A program made the translations under genes and the position numbers. Of a DNA stretch of 64,000 bases, positions 11,972-23,164 are shown one piece after another (the first letter of the stretch is position 1; every line of letters begins with the position of its first letter). Under the pieces are notes generated by a model. It was not told the origin of the DNA. It did no database searches and was given only the letters and a program-made list of their open reading frames with translations. Source of the stretch: Octopus vulgaris (taxonomy: Eukaryota); contig OX597814.1 of NCBI GenBank assembly GCA_951406725.2, forward strand, positions 190,960,001 through 191,024,000, given 5' to 3'.

Positions 11972-12337
11972 CTGCATATGTGGGAAATTCTGTCTGTGGG
12001 TGTGTTTGTGGAGTTGTTAGTTAACTCCTCCTACATTGTTTTATCGATTTTGAAGAAACTTGACATGAGCAGAAGTCATGTCTAGAAACCTCATGGTATA
12101 CACAGACTGTTGAAAAAATAAATAGGGCCCCTGGAAGGGATCTTTATATATACCAAATATATTTCGACAGCCAAGGGAAATAGCCCATTCATTTTCCTAA
12201 ATCATTTGGTGTAAATCAAATTGAGCATGCTTATTTCTTAGTATTTGAACTGCTAGAGTTATTTCCGCAATTTACCCAGTACAACCCTTAAACAAGTAAA
12301 TAATATTTTCCTAGACAATAGATCCACTTATTTCGGT

Positions 12338-12645
12338 TACTCTTTTACTTGTTTCAGTCATTTGACTGTGGCTATGCTGGAGCACCACCTTTAGTCAAGC
12401 AAATCGACCCCAGGACTTATTCTTTGTAAGCCTAGTACTTATTCTATCGGTCTCTTTTGCCGAACTGCTAAGTTACGGGGATGTAAACACAGATACACAA
12501 ACACATACATATATACATGATGGGCTTCTTTCAGTTTCCATCTACCAAATCCACTCACAAGGCTTTGGTTGGCCCAAGGCTATAGTAGAAAACACTTGCC
12601 ATGCAGTGGGACTGAACCTACTTACCACAGAGCCACGCCTATGCC
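12338..12645 (-). mobile_element. SINE family A, with internal deletions
   Basis: Reverse complement of the 11107 copy over both tail and head. Confidence 0.9.
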
Positions 12646-13384
12646 TGCATTTTGTATCTTAATTTTAAATATATATATAATCTAAGGTGGAGGTCTTACA
12701 GAGACAGAAAAAAGTCGATGTAAAACTAAGATACAAAATACAGAATTTGAAAAACTGATAAAATTATATGTACACGTGTTTGTTCGATTTAACCAAGAGG
12801 AAATTGTTAAAGTTACAATTTTTCACCTCTCATATTTTACAAGTCAATCAATTTTATATCAAGTTCCTCTTTCTCTAGCATATCTTTTTCATGAAATTAA
12901 TGTTGATTTTCTTAACCTTAACACATCCAATTTATTTTCCAGCATCATGTGAACACACACCCACCAAAAAAAAAAAAAAAAAATCAATAATGAATTTAAA
13001 ATGATTAAAATCAACATTGGCTTTTAAAAATCTTTTTAAGATATAAATCTATTGAAGATGATGATGAATAATTCTTGTATTTCAAATCCTGGCATATTTC
13101 ACAAGATGTTGAAGGCAATTCTGATCGTTAAACCATGCAGTGGGAGATGAAAGATCAAAAATGTATTATGCTTGCTACGTTTTTTTTTAGTCAATAGTAA
13201 ATGGCTAAATATCTTAATTATAAATGCTGATAATACAATTCATGTTACTTTGTTTATTGTAATCAACACTGACCTTTCTATGCCATCAGAATAATGTATG
13301 GAGGCAGAAAGCCATACCAGATACCATCTAAACACTTGTTCTGTGCATGAACAGTTAAATGCCATCATCACCATCACCATTTAA

Positions 13385-13604
13385 CCCTTTAGTGTTTAAA
13401 CCGGCCATATCCGACCCAAATATTCTATGTGTTTTATATTCAAACTGGCCATTTCTAGCCTATCACACCTAACCTATAATGACAGTCTAAAACTTAACAA
13501 TCACATTATTGAAACCTCAAAACTATAAGATAATGCATGATTAATTCAAAACAATTTGAGTGAAAAAGTATTACATTTAACAGAGTAATCTGAACACTAA
13601 AGGG
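13385..13604. mobile_element. piggyBac-type MITE, family 1
   Basis: TTAA at 13381-84 and 13605-08. Terminal inverted repeats CCCTTTAGTGTT / AACACTAAAGGG. Confidence 0.9.
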
Positions 13605-13769
13605 TTAACATGTTTTCTATGTTGGTATGAGTTGGGTTGTTTGACAGGAGCTGGCAAGCCAGAGGACTGCACCAAGCTTCACTGTCTGTTTTGGCATGGT
13701 TTTTATGGCTGGATGCCCTTCCAAGGGCTAACCACTTTACAGAGTATATCATGTACTTTCTACCTGGCA

Positions 13770-13913
13770 CCAAAAGCACAGCCCCTACCCACTTCTGCCC
13801 CACCTGTGGGAGGGGCTTCCTTGCCCGGATTGGCCTCACCAGCCACCTCCGATCTCATAGCAGCAATTCCACCAAATGATGTCAATGGTCATCTTCGAAC
13901 CCGAAGGACGAAC

Positions 13914-13940
<27 letters not shown>
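13770..13940 (+). mobile_element. RTE/BovB-like LINE 3' end with a C-terminal C2H2-type zinc finger
   Basis: Encodes HFCPTCGRGFLARIGLTSHLRSH followed by a stop, a short UTR and an (ATT)n tail. Imperfect TSD tacctggcacca / taccagcacca. Confidence 0.85.
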
Positions 13941-13944
<4 letters not shown>

Positions 13945-14167
13945 GCACCAGTTAGGCCACCAAATAACTTGCAAGACAATACCTTTTAACTGAGTATGAT
14001 TCAAGTTAGTAATAAAGGAGGTGGCTTTGTGCTGAAAATAGTAATCTCTTCCCCTAATAACATCATACCCAATGCCTAAGTGTTATTTACCTATGTTCTC
14101 TAAGACAGTAAAATAATGCTATTGTTTTGACTAAGATGTTTAATAAGTTCTATTTTACTAAATATTA

Positions 14168-14441
14168 GAGTGGCTGTGTGGTAGCTTGCTTACAAACCAC
14201 ATGGTTCCAGGTTCAGTCCCACAGCGTGGCACCTTGGGAAAGTGTCTTCTATTATAGCCTTGTGAGTGGATTTGGTAGACGGAAACTGAAAGAAGCCTGT
14301 TGCATGTATGCATATGTGTATATATTTGTGTATCAGTGTTTGTCCCCCCAACATCGCTTGATAACTGATACGTCCCCGTAACTTAGCGGTTCGGCAAAAG
14401 TGACCGATAGAATAAATACTAGGCTTACAAAGAATAAGTCC
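14168..14441 (+). mobile_element. SINE family A, 3'-truncated
   Basis: Head and body match the 11107 copy. Confidence 0.88.
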
Positions 14442-14544
14442 TATATGAATAATTTCCTCTGTTCCATTGCAGATATGACAGTCAATCTGCTCTCCTGTAT
14501 CAACCGATCTGATGCATTGTCAGGCTGACCGAACAATGTCATTC

Positions 14545-14677
14545 CCCTACAATGTCATTCATAAAATATACAATTGCATCATTGAAATTTTGAAACTACG
14601 AAATGCTGCATAATTAATTCAAACCAATTTGAATAAATAAGCATTACATTTGACAGGCTAATCTGAATACTAAAGGG
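14545..14677. mobile_element. piggyBac-type MITE family 1, partial
   Basis: Ends tgaatactaaaggg|TTAA and is colinear with the 13385 copy. Confidence 0.75.
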
Positions 14678-14707
14678 TTAAAGCAACAAATTGGCAGAGT
14701 TGTCAGG

Positions 14708-15590
14708 GCATTTAATGCCCACTTTTCCATGCTTGCATGGGTCAGACAGAATTTGTTGAGGCAGATTTTTTCTATAACTGAATGTCCTTGTTGCCAACCC
14801 GTATCGGTTTCCAGGTAAGGTAATATTTCCCTTAACTAAACAGGTTTCCATGGGAGACACTACTTATATGATGGTGATCATTGCTTACATCTATCATGCA
14901 ATGTCATGACAAGGTGATAGAAGCACACATGTCCCCCACACACACACACACACAGAGGAGAGAGAAAAATTATGTGGTGTATATAATTTCTTGGCGACAT
15001 TAACAATACAAGGCAAAGGATGTAACTAGGAATCAAAATGCTTGCATGATGGTAATTCTTACAACCCGATGCCAGCGCCACCTCGACTGGCTTCCGTGTC
15101 GGTGGCACGTAAAAGGCACCATCCGAATCGTGGCCGAAGCCAGTGCCGCCTCGACTGGCTTCCGTGCAGGTGGCACGTAAAATGCACCAATCCGACCGTG
15201 GCCGATGCCAGCCTCGCCTGGCACCAGTGCAGGTGGCACGTAAAAAGCACCCACTACACTCACGGAGTGGTTGGTGTTAGGAAGGGCATCCAGCTGTAGA
15301 AACATTGCCAGATCAGACTGGGCCTGGTGCAGCCTCCTGGCTTCCCAGATCCCCGGTTGAATCGTCCAACGCATGCTAGCATGGAGAACGGACGTTAGAT
15401 GACGATATCCTGTGTTGTCAAGGTAAGGAAATCGTAGCACATACCATTCATACATGTGGTAGGCTTCTTTCAGTTTCCATCTACCAAATCTATTCACAAG
15501 ATTTTGGTCAGCCAAGGATTATAGGTGCCACACAGTGGGACTGAAGCCAAAACCATGTAACTGGGTAGCAAACTTCTTACCACACAGCCA
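14708..15590 (-). mobile_element. SINE family F, split by later insertions
   Basis: Tail and body at 14708-14950, head at 15460-15590. Confidence 0.7.
15045..15405 (+). mobile_element. RTE LINE 3' UTR fragment (family E) with three tandem modules
   Basis: Three GCCAG..CTGGC plus GGTGGCACGTAAAA..CACC units, then GGAAGGGCATCCAGCTGTAGAAAC and a GAT-type tail. Confidence 0.88.
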
Positions 15591-15761
15591 GCATTTGAAA
15601 AAAATAATGAAACCCTAATTTCAATAGTTCAATCAGGAGATTCTCTGATTTGGTGTATATGCTATCAGCTTATAAATACAAAGTCAGGGCAGCTATCAAG
15701 CTTGCCTGAGTGACAGGTGATCAGTTGGTTATCTGGCTTTTTGAAGTTTGTGTTCAAATAG

Positions 15762-16097
15762 TTCAGTCATTTGACTGTGGCCATGCTGGAGCACCGCCTT
15801 AACTTGAACAAATTTACCCCAGGACTTATTATTTGTATACCTACTATTTAGTCTATCAGTTTCTTTTGCTGAACTGCTAAGTTACGGGGACGTAAATGCA
15901 CCAACATCGGTTGCCAAGCAATGGTGGAGGGGGACAAACACCACCCACACACACACGACGGGCTTCTTTCAGTTTCCGTCTACCAAATCCACTCGCAAGG
16001 CTTTGGTTGACTCAAGGTTATAGTAGAAGACAATTGCCCAAGGTACCACGTATGTGCTTGGGAAGCAAGCTTCTTACCACACAGCCACTCCTGCACC
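15762..16097 (-). mobile_element. SINE family A
   Basis: Tail ttcagtcatttgactgtggccatgctggagcaccgcc through head cttaccacacagccactcctgcacc. Confidence 0.9.
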
Positions 16098-16447
16098 TAT
16101 TTATTCATGTTGTAGAACTCTAGGAACTTTGACAATGAATTAGATTGGTTGATACAGAGAGCAGATTGCAATGGAACACAAGAAATTATTCATATAGGTT
16201 ATGTTTTACCATATGCTAACAGGGAAAGTGGTCTGTGTGGGCTTCTATAAAACGAAGCATAACACTTATCTCATAACATCATGAATGACATTGTAGGGGT
16301 CCTTACCTAAGGATCCCTTTGATTCCTATTTTATTCAGTTGGGCTCTCACAGCCCCACAATGTTTAAAACATCCTATTGTATTTTTAAAATCAAATATTA
16401 TTAGGAACTGTATAAAAAAAAATTTTAATATTTTGTGTATTGTAGAA

Positions 16448-16707
16448 GTGGAGGAACGTAGTTTAGTGGTTAGGGTGTCAGCATCATGATCGTAAGAGTG
16501 TGGTTTCGATTCCTGGATTGGGCGATTCGTTGTGTTTTTGAGCAAAACACTTCATTTCACATTGCTCCAGTCCACTCAGCTGGCAAAAATGAGTAACGCT
16601 GCAATGGACTGGCGTCCCGTCCAGCTGAGGAACACATACACCATAGAAACCGGGAAACCGGGCCCATGAGCCTGGTTAGGCTTTAAAAAAGGGGGCATTT
16701 ATTTTAT
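16448..16707 (+). mobile_element. tRNA-derived SINE family D
   Basis: tRNA-like head and central block shared with family C, with a distinct CTGCAATGGACTGGCGTCCCGTCCAG tail. Second copy at 54003. Near-TSD tattgtagaa / tattgaagaa. Confidence 0.9.
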
Positions 16708-17399
16708 TATTGAAGAAATATAACCGATATATTGCAGATAAATTTTAACAACAAAATCTTATATGGACCCTCAAGGGCCACATAGACCCTGGTTGAGAGC
16801 CACTGAGCTAACTGCATGAATGTCAAATCCTTCTCTAGTGAGGAATGACCTGCCTAGGTATCCATTAGTCAGCAATTTTAGGTTGAAGATGAAGTAGATT
16901 CATAAGCAAAAGACAAATAGTGGTAAAAACACAACATAGCACCCAGTCCAGGAATAGAAACCACAGTCTTGCAATCATGAATGCAACACCATAACCACAA
17001 GACAACACACCTTCATTCTCATCAGTATATACATGACAGTTACTTATTTTATTCATTTCTAAAAAGGTGATGAATGACAAAATTCAACTTCAGTCAGGTT
17101 TCTTCTCATTTTCTGTATTAAGATGGCTGGGGTGGATTGGCAATTCGGGCAGTTACTTTCATTGCAGCAGTAGTTCTTGCAGTTATGTCCTCTTCCTTCC
17201 ACTAATTACACAACTTCACAAGGGGGAGAGTGGATCATTCTGTCAGCCAAACACAGTTATGCATCTCACTAAAAGCTAAATTATGCAATATAGACCAACC
17301 AGCTTCACTATGTCAATATACAGCAGCAATAAACCTTTAGAAATGTATGTGATATTAATATTTGAAAATATATATAAATACAAACAATATTGCTACTAC

Positions 17400-17549
17400 C
17401 TGCATAAGTTTTCTGGAGAGATCGTTTGTTAGGTATTCTTCCTCTTGTTCATAGTTCATAGCCAATGCTTCTTTCTCTTTCCTTAGACTCTGTATTTTCT
17501 TCAGCAAAGTATTACAGATAAATTCCTCCTCTTGCTCAGCTCTGGCTTG
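17400..17549 (-). CDS. CCDC6: CCDC6 (coiled-coil domain-containing protein 6) internal coding exon, equivalent to human exon 2
   Basis: Minus strand reads tttttcAG|CAAGCCAGA...ATGCAG|GTagta. The exon is 150 nt, phase 0/0, and encodes [50 protein letters not shown]. This is about 41/50 identical to recalled human CCDC6 [50 protein letters not shown], with the same exon boundaries. Confidence 0.96.
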
Positions 17550-18775
17550 CTGAAAAATACACAAAACCAAAACAATATTAGTACACACACACATATTTGT
17601 GTAGATTGGGGACAGCTTCTTTTTCTTCAATACACACATACAAGTACATACATACATACATACATACATACATCATATATGTATACATATCTACACATCA
17701 AATTTTACATGGCATCATAACATGGAATGAAATAAAATTCATTTCCATGCTAGCTTTTCCCCACCAAAGAATGAAGTTAATTGATTGTATCAACTATTAG
17801 CTGTATGCAATTAACAGCTTGTGTCAATAACTGTAATTAATGAATTTACAGAAGATTAATCTTCAAATCATTTCATTACACTATTCCAGGCAAATGTGTT
17901 TTCTAGAAATTTCCAGGTGACATATACAATAATTCATTCACATAAAAATTCAGCAGGTTTGGGTTGGGTTTTTTTTTTAGGTTATTTTTTGTTGCTCTTC
18001 TTTCTTTTTTTTAAATTCCACATTGATTTTATGGATTAATTAGGGTTATTACTGTTACTGAACTATTGTAGTCTTCCACTACAATAGCTGCGGTAAATAC
18101 CATACAGGTTTTAGATTTGCATATGTTATTGTTATTTCTCTCTTTCTCTCCAAATGAAATTGAACATTAATTATAGTATTAGAGAAAAATTACATAATGA
18201 TAGAATCTTAGAACACAACCACACACACACACACACACATACATGTATGCATGCAAACACGCACACATCATCCCCTCGTCTCTCACACATGAAGTTACTT
18301 TTTACTTCATTTCAAGGAAATTTTCCCGACGTTTAGCCCAAAGTCAATCTTGATTAAATAAACTTATGATCAAAGGCATTCAAAATATTCCATTTCTTTT
18401 TGTGTATCGTGTACTGCATTGTCCAATGTATTCGATTTTATAAATTTAAGACAGTGAGACATGATTGAAGAAGGTGATATTTGGCTGCTGTTTCTAGCAG
18501 GTTGAGTGATCACCTACAAATTTCTATGTTGGGTCAAGAGACTCTTGTTTATATATGTTCAACTGACGGACTGGTCTTCTCAATGAAATATTTTTAAATA
18601 TAAAACTTGAGAAAATAGGAGTCTTTCTCTTTCCATCTCCAGCAACACATTACTTTAATGACAATAAACATGGTTCTCTTTAAAACAAGCATCCACAATC
18701 AATAAATGTAATAGATATTGTCACTCAGTTTAAATAGGGATTTACAATTCCCAGAGACTAATTATTATTATCATT

Positions 18776-19488
18776 CGAGCTGGCAGAATCATTAGTGTGC
18801 TGGACAAAATGCTTAGCGGTATTTCGCCCATCACTATGCTCCGAGTTCAAATTCTGCTGAGGTCAACTTTACATTTCATCTTTTCAGGGTTGATAAATTA
18901 AGTACCAGTGAAATACTGGGGTCGATATAATCGACTAGCCCCCATCCAACAAATTTGAGGCCCTGTGCCTCCAGTAGAAAGGATTATTATTATTACTATT
19001 AAGGTGGTGAAATGGCAGAATAGTTAGCATGCCAGGCGAAATGCATAGCAGTATTTCATCCATCTTCATGTTCTGAGTTCTAATTCTGCTGAGGTCAACT
19101 TTGCCTTTCATCTTTTCAGGACCAATAAAATACATACCAGTTGAGTACTGGAGTCAATGCCATCGACTATGCCACCCCCACCTCCAATTTCAGGCCTTGT
19201 GCCTTTAGTAGAAAGTATTATTATTATTATTGTTATTATAAGGGTAGCAAGCTAGCAGAATCATTAGCACACTAGACAAAATGCTTAGCAGCATTTCATC
19301 TGCCTTTACATTCTGAGTTCAAATTCCATGAAGGTTGACTTTGTCTTTCATCATTTTGGGGTCCATAAAACAAATACCAGTTGAACACTGAGGTCGATCT
19401 AACTGACTAGTCCCCTCGCCCATAAAAAAATTTCAGGCCTTGTACCCTTAGTAGAAAGTACTATTGTTGTTATCATTATTATTATTAT
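18776..19488 (+). mobile_element. Three head-to-tail family B2 SINEs
   Basis: Copies at about 18776-19000, 19001-19238 and 19240-19488, each ending agtagaaag(g/t) plus (TTA)n. Confidence 0.9.
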
Positions 19489-19489
19489 T

Positions 19490-19857
19490 GTACAGGCAAA
19501 ACTGTGAGGTTAAGAAGCTCACTATGCAACCACTTGGTCTCGGGTTCAGTCCTACTGTGCAACAACTTGGGCAAATATCTTCTAACCGATGCTTTGTGAG
19601 TGAATTACACAGGCAGAAACTGTATGAAAGTCTGTAATATATGTGTATCTTTGCAACTGTCCCCTCCCAACACCTGGCAACCAGTGTTGGTTTGTTCACA
19701 TCCCCGTAACTTAAGAATCCAGTGTAAAGGACCAATAGAATGAGTACCAGACTTAAAAAAAGTACAGGGATTAATTTGTTTGACTAAACCCTACAAGGCA
19801 GTATCCTAGCATGGCCACGATCCAATGAATGAAACAAGCAAAAGCTAAAAGAAAAGA
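19490..19857 (+). mobile_element. SINE family A, diverged
   Basis: gggttcagtcc...cttgggcaaatatcttct head; agcatggcc...gaaacaag tail. Confidence 0.8.
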
Positions 19858-21706
19858 TAGGTTTTGATCTCAAGGATTGCTTCAATGCAGTGATAATTGA
19901 AATTTCCGTGAAAACTCTTTAAATTGAAACTTTTCACCCAACAGAGCTGAAGAAATTTGCCTGTCTTATTTTTGTAATTCTTAATTAGATATCATTCTTG
20001 TTACAATGATTTCAGCGGATAAATTCCGGAATGTAGACAGTATTATTTATAAATGATCAACATCTGATAATCGTTGCAGCAATTAAGTCATGAAATTGTT
20101 GATATGTGAAAAAAAAAACAAAAAAAAAAATCTTCAAATCAACAACCTAAGTATGTTTTCTTCAAGGGAAGGAGGGGGGGTTCTAGAAAAGCTTCCAAAT
20201 AAAGGAATTAAGTTGTAAAGATGTGAATGATTGAAACCAATGATTAATGTCCAATATCTTGATTGAGTGAAAAAGCCAAGTCATAATGGTATCAAACTAA
20301 CTGAATCAAAGATCCATATCTCACCACTGGCCATTTCTTTGCATCTCTTGAATAAGAGACAGTTCCAGCATCTTTTATCCAGAGATGTAATGAAATAGCT
20401 ATTTGCAATAGCTTATTTATTACCGACTGGTGTAGTACTAGTCTTTTACTCTTTTGAAAAGGATGGCTTTTATTTTTGTCTCTTCTTGGCATTTCTCAAT
20501 ATTTCTGCTTTAAGCCTCGCTCCATTTTCTTCTTATATTTCATTTTATCTGTTTATCTGGTTGGCTGCCTGACTGCCTACAAGTTATTTCTCTCTCTCCC
20601 CATATCTCTCTAATCCACCTCACTCAAAACAGCCACTGCTTTCTCCTTCCATACTCCTATAGAAGGACAGAAAGAAGACATGTGACTCAATGTCTTACAT
20701 AAAGATTATACGTTCTCCCCACTCTCACACATTCTGTATATGCATATTGTTTACAGAATAACCTAATGATTGTGAATGCTTAACTCTAATCAATTTCCAA
20801 AACAAAAAGAGCAAAAATTTTATTAATTTCTGTAATTGAATATACATTTAGTTAAAATATTGAAGACAACATGACAAATTAAAAGACTACATCAATATTC
20901 GTTATTAACAATTATTTTATCGCTGGTGTTTTCATGGAAACCAATGATGAGGCTTTAACAAAATCTTGTACCAGTATTCTTATTACAACAGAATTTAGTA
21001 TTTACAAGCATTCACAAAAACAATGAAACAAATACCCAAGACATCTGTCATGAAACATGAAGCTGTACGATTGCAAATTAGAAATGAAGAGAAAGAAGAA
21101 AAATCTGTCGAGAAATGCTGTCAACATAATATTAAATATTAACTGAAAAATCTTTGTCAATTAACATCAAGTCTCTCAAGTAACATAAAATTACTATAAT
21201 TTTATAAAAGTGTTTACTTGTTCTATGAAAACCAGAAACCTGTAAGCAATGTTTAGTACTCAAGCCATCACGCAAAAAAAGAGAAGAGAAAGGTTTCCCA
21301 ATAAAACACTATATTCAGTAAAACAAAATGAAAATGAGAAAAGATAACTTATTCAGAGTGCTCTCAAGAATATAATAATTTGAAGGTATCTGAAATTTAA
21401 TAAAATATGGTGTGTGTGCATATATATATATATATATAATAATATATATAATATATATATGATATATGTATCAAATAATATCATATATATATCATATATA
21501 TATATATCAAATATATATCATATATATATATATATCATATATATATATATCAAATATCATCATCATCATCATCGTTTAACATCCGTTCTCCATGCTAGCA
21601 TGGGTTGGACGGTTCGACCGGGGATCTGGGAAGCCAATCATATATATATCAAATATATATCATATATATATATCAAATATACATATCATATATCACACAT
21701 CATATA

Positions 21707-22352
21707 TCCCCTATCCCTTTCCTCCCAGCCTTCCACCATCCCTACCGCCCCTCCTACCCTACCCCATCCACCCCTTTTCCACTTCAGTCTGATGTTACCA
21801 TTCCTCTAAATCTTCCCCCTCTCTGAGGCAGAGCGCACCCTCTTCAGTAGGGGTCTGCACTTCATCCTCCTCACTCCATCCAGCAACGAATTTCGGACTT
21901 GTGCCAATATCCACAGCTTTGTGCACTGTGTTAGGTTGTGTGCACTTTTCCGCAACACTCCACCTGCATCTAATGAGGAAGACTGCTTCACCAACCTGGG
22001 TCGCCGACCATCCCAGTGGACGCCAGCTCCTAGCCAGTTCCAAGCAGTCGATCTTTTTGCAGGCACCTGCCAGTGCGCTGTGAACTAGTTTAACTTTACC
22101 AGGCGTCCCCATCATCTGAACATCTCCCCAGCTAAACTCTCGGCCCTTTGATGTGTCCACCGCTGCACTGACATCATCATAAAACCAGCTGACAAGGGTG
22201 GAGCCATGGTAGTGTGGCATGCAAATCTTTACAAGGCCAAAGCTCTCCGCCAATTTCAAGACACTCCTACTGCCCTCTGCCCCCATGCCCAACTACCAAC
22301 AGATTGTGTCCTCCACTATCCATGACCTCATCTCCTCCTCCCGTCTCCCCCC
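21707..22352 (+). pseudogene. Penelope-like element (Neptune-type) ORF fragment, region N-terminal to the RT core
   Basis: Plus-strand peptides with stops and frameshifts: LSEAERTLFSRGLHF, SQWTPAPSQFQAVDLFAGTC, DIIIKPADKGGAMVVWHANLY and NYQQIVSSTIHDLISSSRLPP. KPADKG is the PLE/TERT-like motif. Preceded by a TA-rich microsatellite. Confidence 0.88.
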
Positions 22353-22746
22353 AGTAGACCACTGTTTTAAGACGCATATCATTTTTTTTACTAGGGGCTA
22401 TTTAAAAAATCAAAGAAGCCTGGCCCTAATGTATAACAATGTTTTGCTATTTATTGATTCAGCTCAGTAAGTGCATCGTCATCATCATTTAATGTCTGTT
22501 TTCCAATGATGGCATGGGTTGGATGGTTTGACAGGAGCTGGTGAGCCAGAGGATTGCGCAGAGGACCAGTATCTACTCTGATATGGTTTCTACAGCTGAA
22601 TGCCCTTCATAATGCCAACCACTTTACAGAGTGCACTGGGTGCTTTTTATGTGGCACCCGTACAAGTCAGCAAGTAACTCATAAGACAACTGAGGTAGGG
22701 AGAATAATATTGAGGGAGCTGATGTTATGCCAGTTAATAAAAAGTA

Positions 22747-22965
22747 AGGTGGCGAGCTGGCAGAAACGTTAGCACGCCGGGCGAAATGCTTAGCGGTATT
22801 TCGTCTGCCGCTACGTTCTGAGTTCAAATTCCGCCAAGGTCAACTTTGCCTTTCATCCTTTCGGGGTCGATTAAATAAGTACCAGTTATGCACTAGGATC
22901 GATATAATCGACTTAATCCGTTTATCTGTCCTTGTTTGTCCCCTCGTGGGTAGTAAAGAAATAGG
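22747..22965 (+). mobile_element. SINE family B1, nested in an old E-related element (about 22475-22990, minus strand)
   Basis: 12-bp TSD taataaaaagta at 22735-22746 and 22966-22977. Confidence 0.93.
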
Positions 22966-23164
22966 TAATAAAAAGTATGAGGGTAATCAATAAACTACAT
23001 ATTGAAATTTTAAAAGGCTCTGTACCTGGTTTTACTTAATTTTTCACCAACAACAGATAATTCATGCTGGGTGATAAAAGAACAGTGCAGTGTTTGATTT
23101 AAGAATATAGCTCTAACTAAAACAAGACATATAATGACAAAATAAACCATTAGGAATATATATG

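Larger units (their letters stand above)
13364..13990 (-). mobile_element. Old RTE 3' UTR element (E-related) hosting the MITE and a BovB-like fragment
   Basis: catcatcaccatcaccatTTAA is continued after the MITE by catgttttctatgttggtatgag...ggctggatgcccttcc. Confidence 0.75.

Noticed and set aside
15068-15251. CRISPR-like repeat/spacer look, and resemblance of CGUGC..GCACG-UAAAA to the pistol ribozyme 5' hairpin
   Set aside because: The spacers are homologous to each other, the context is a eukaryotic LINE UTR, and there are no cas genes. The pistol P2/P3 stems and cleavage junction are absent.
16220-16805. hAT-like terminus GGTTGAGAGCCACTG at about 16790-16805 (similar end near 45105-45120)
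   Set aside because: No matching opposite TIR or TSD could be identified, so the boundaries are unsupported.
17355-17669. 104-aa ORF taken as a complete gene
   Set aside because: Only 17400-17549 is CCDC6-like and it is bounded by AG/GT. The rest is intronic read-through.
21795-22292. 165-aa minus-strand ORF
   Set aside because: It is the antisense shadow of the plus-strand Penelope-like ORF relic.
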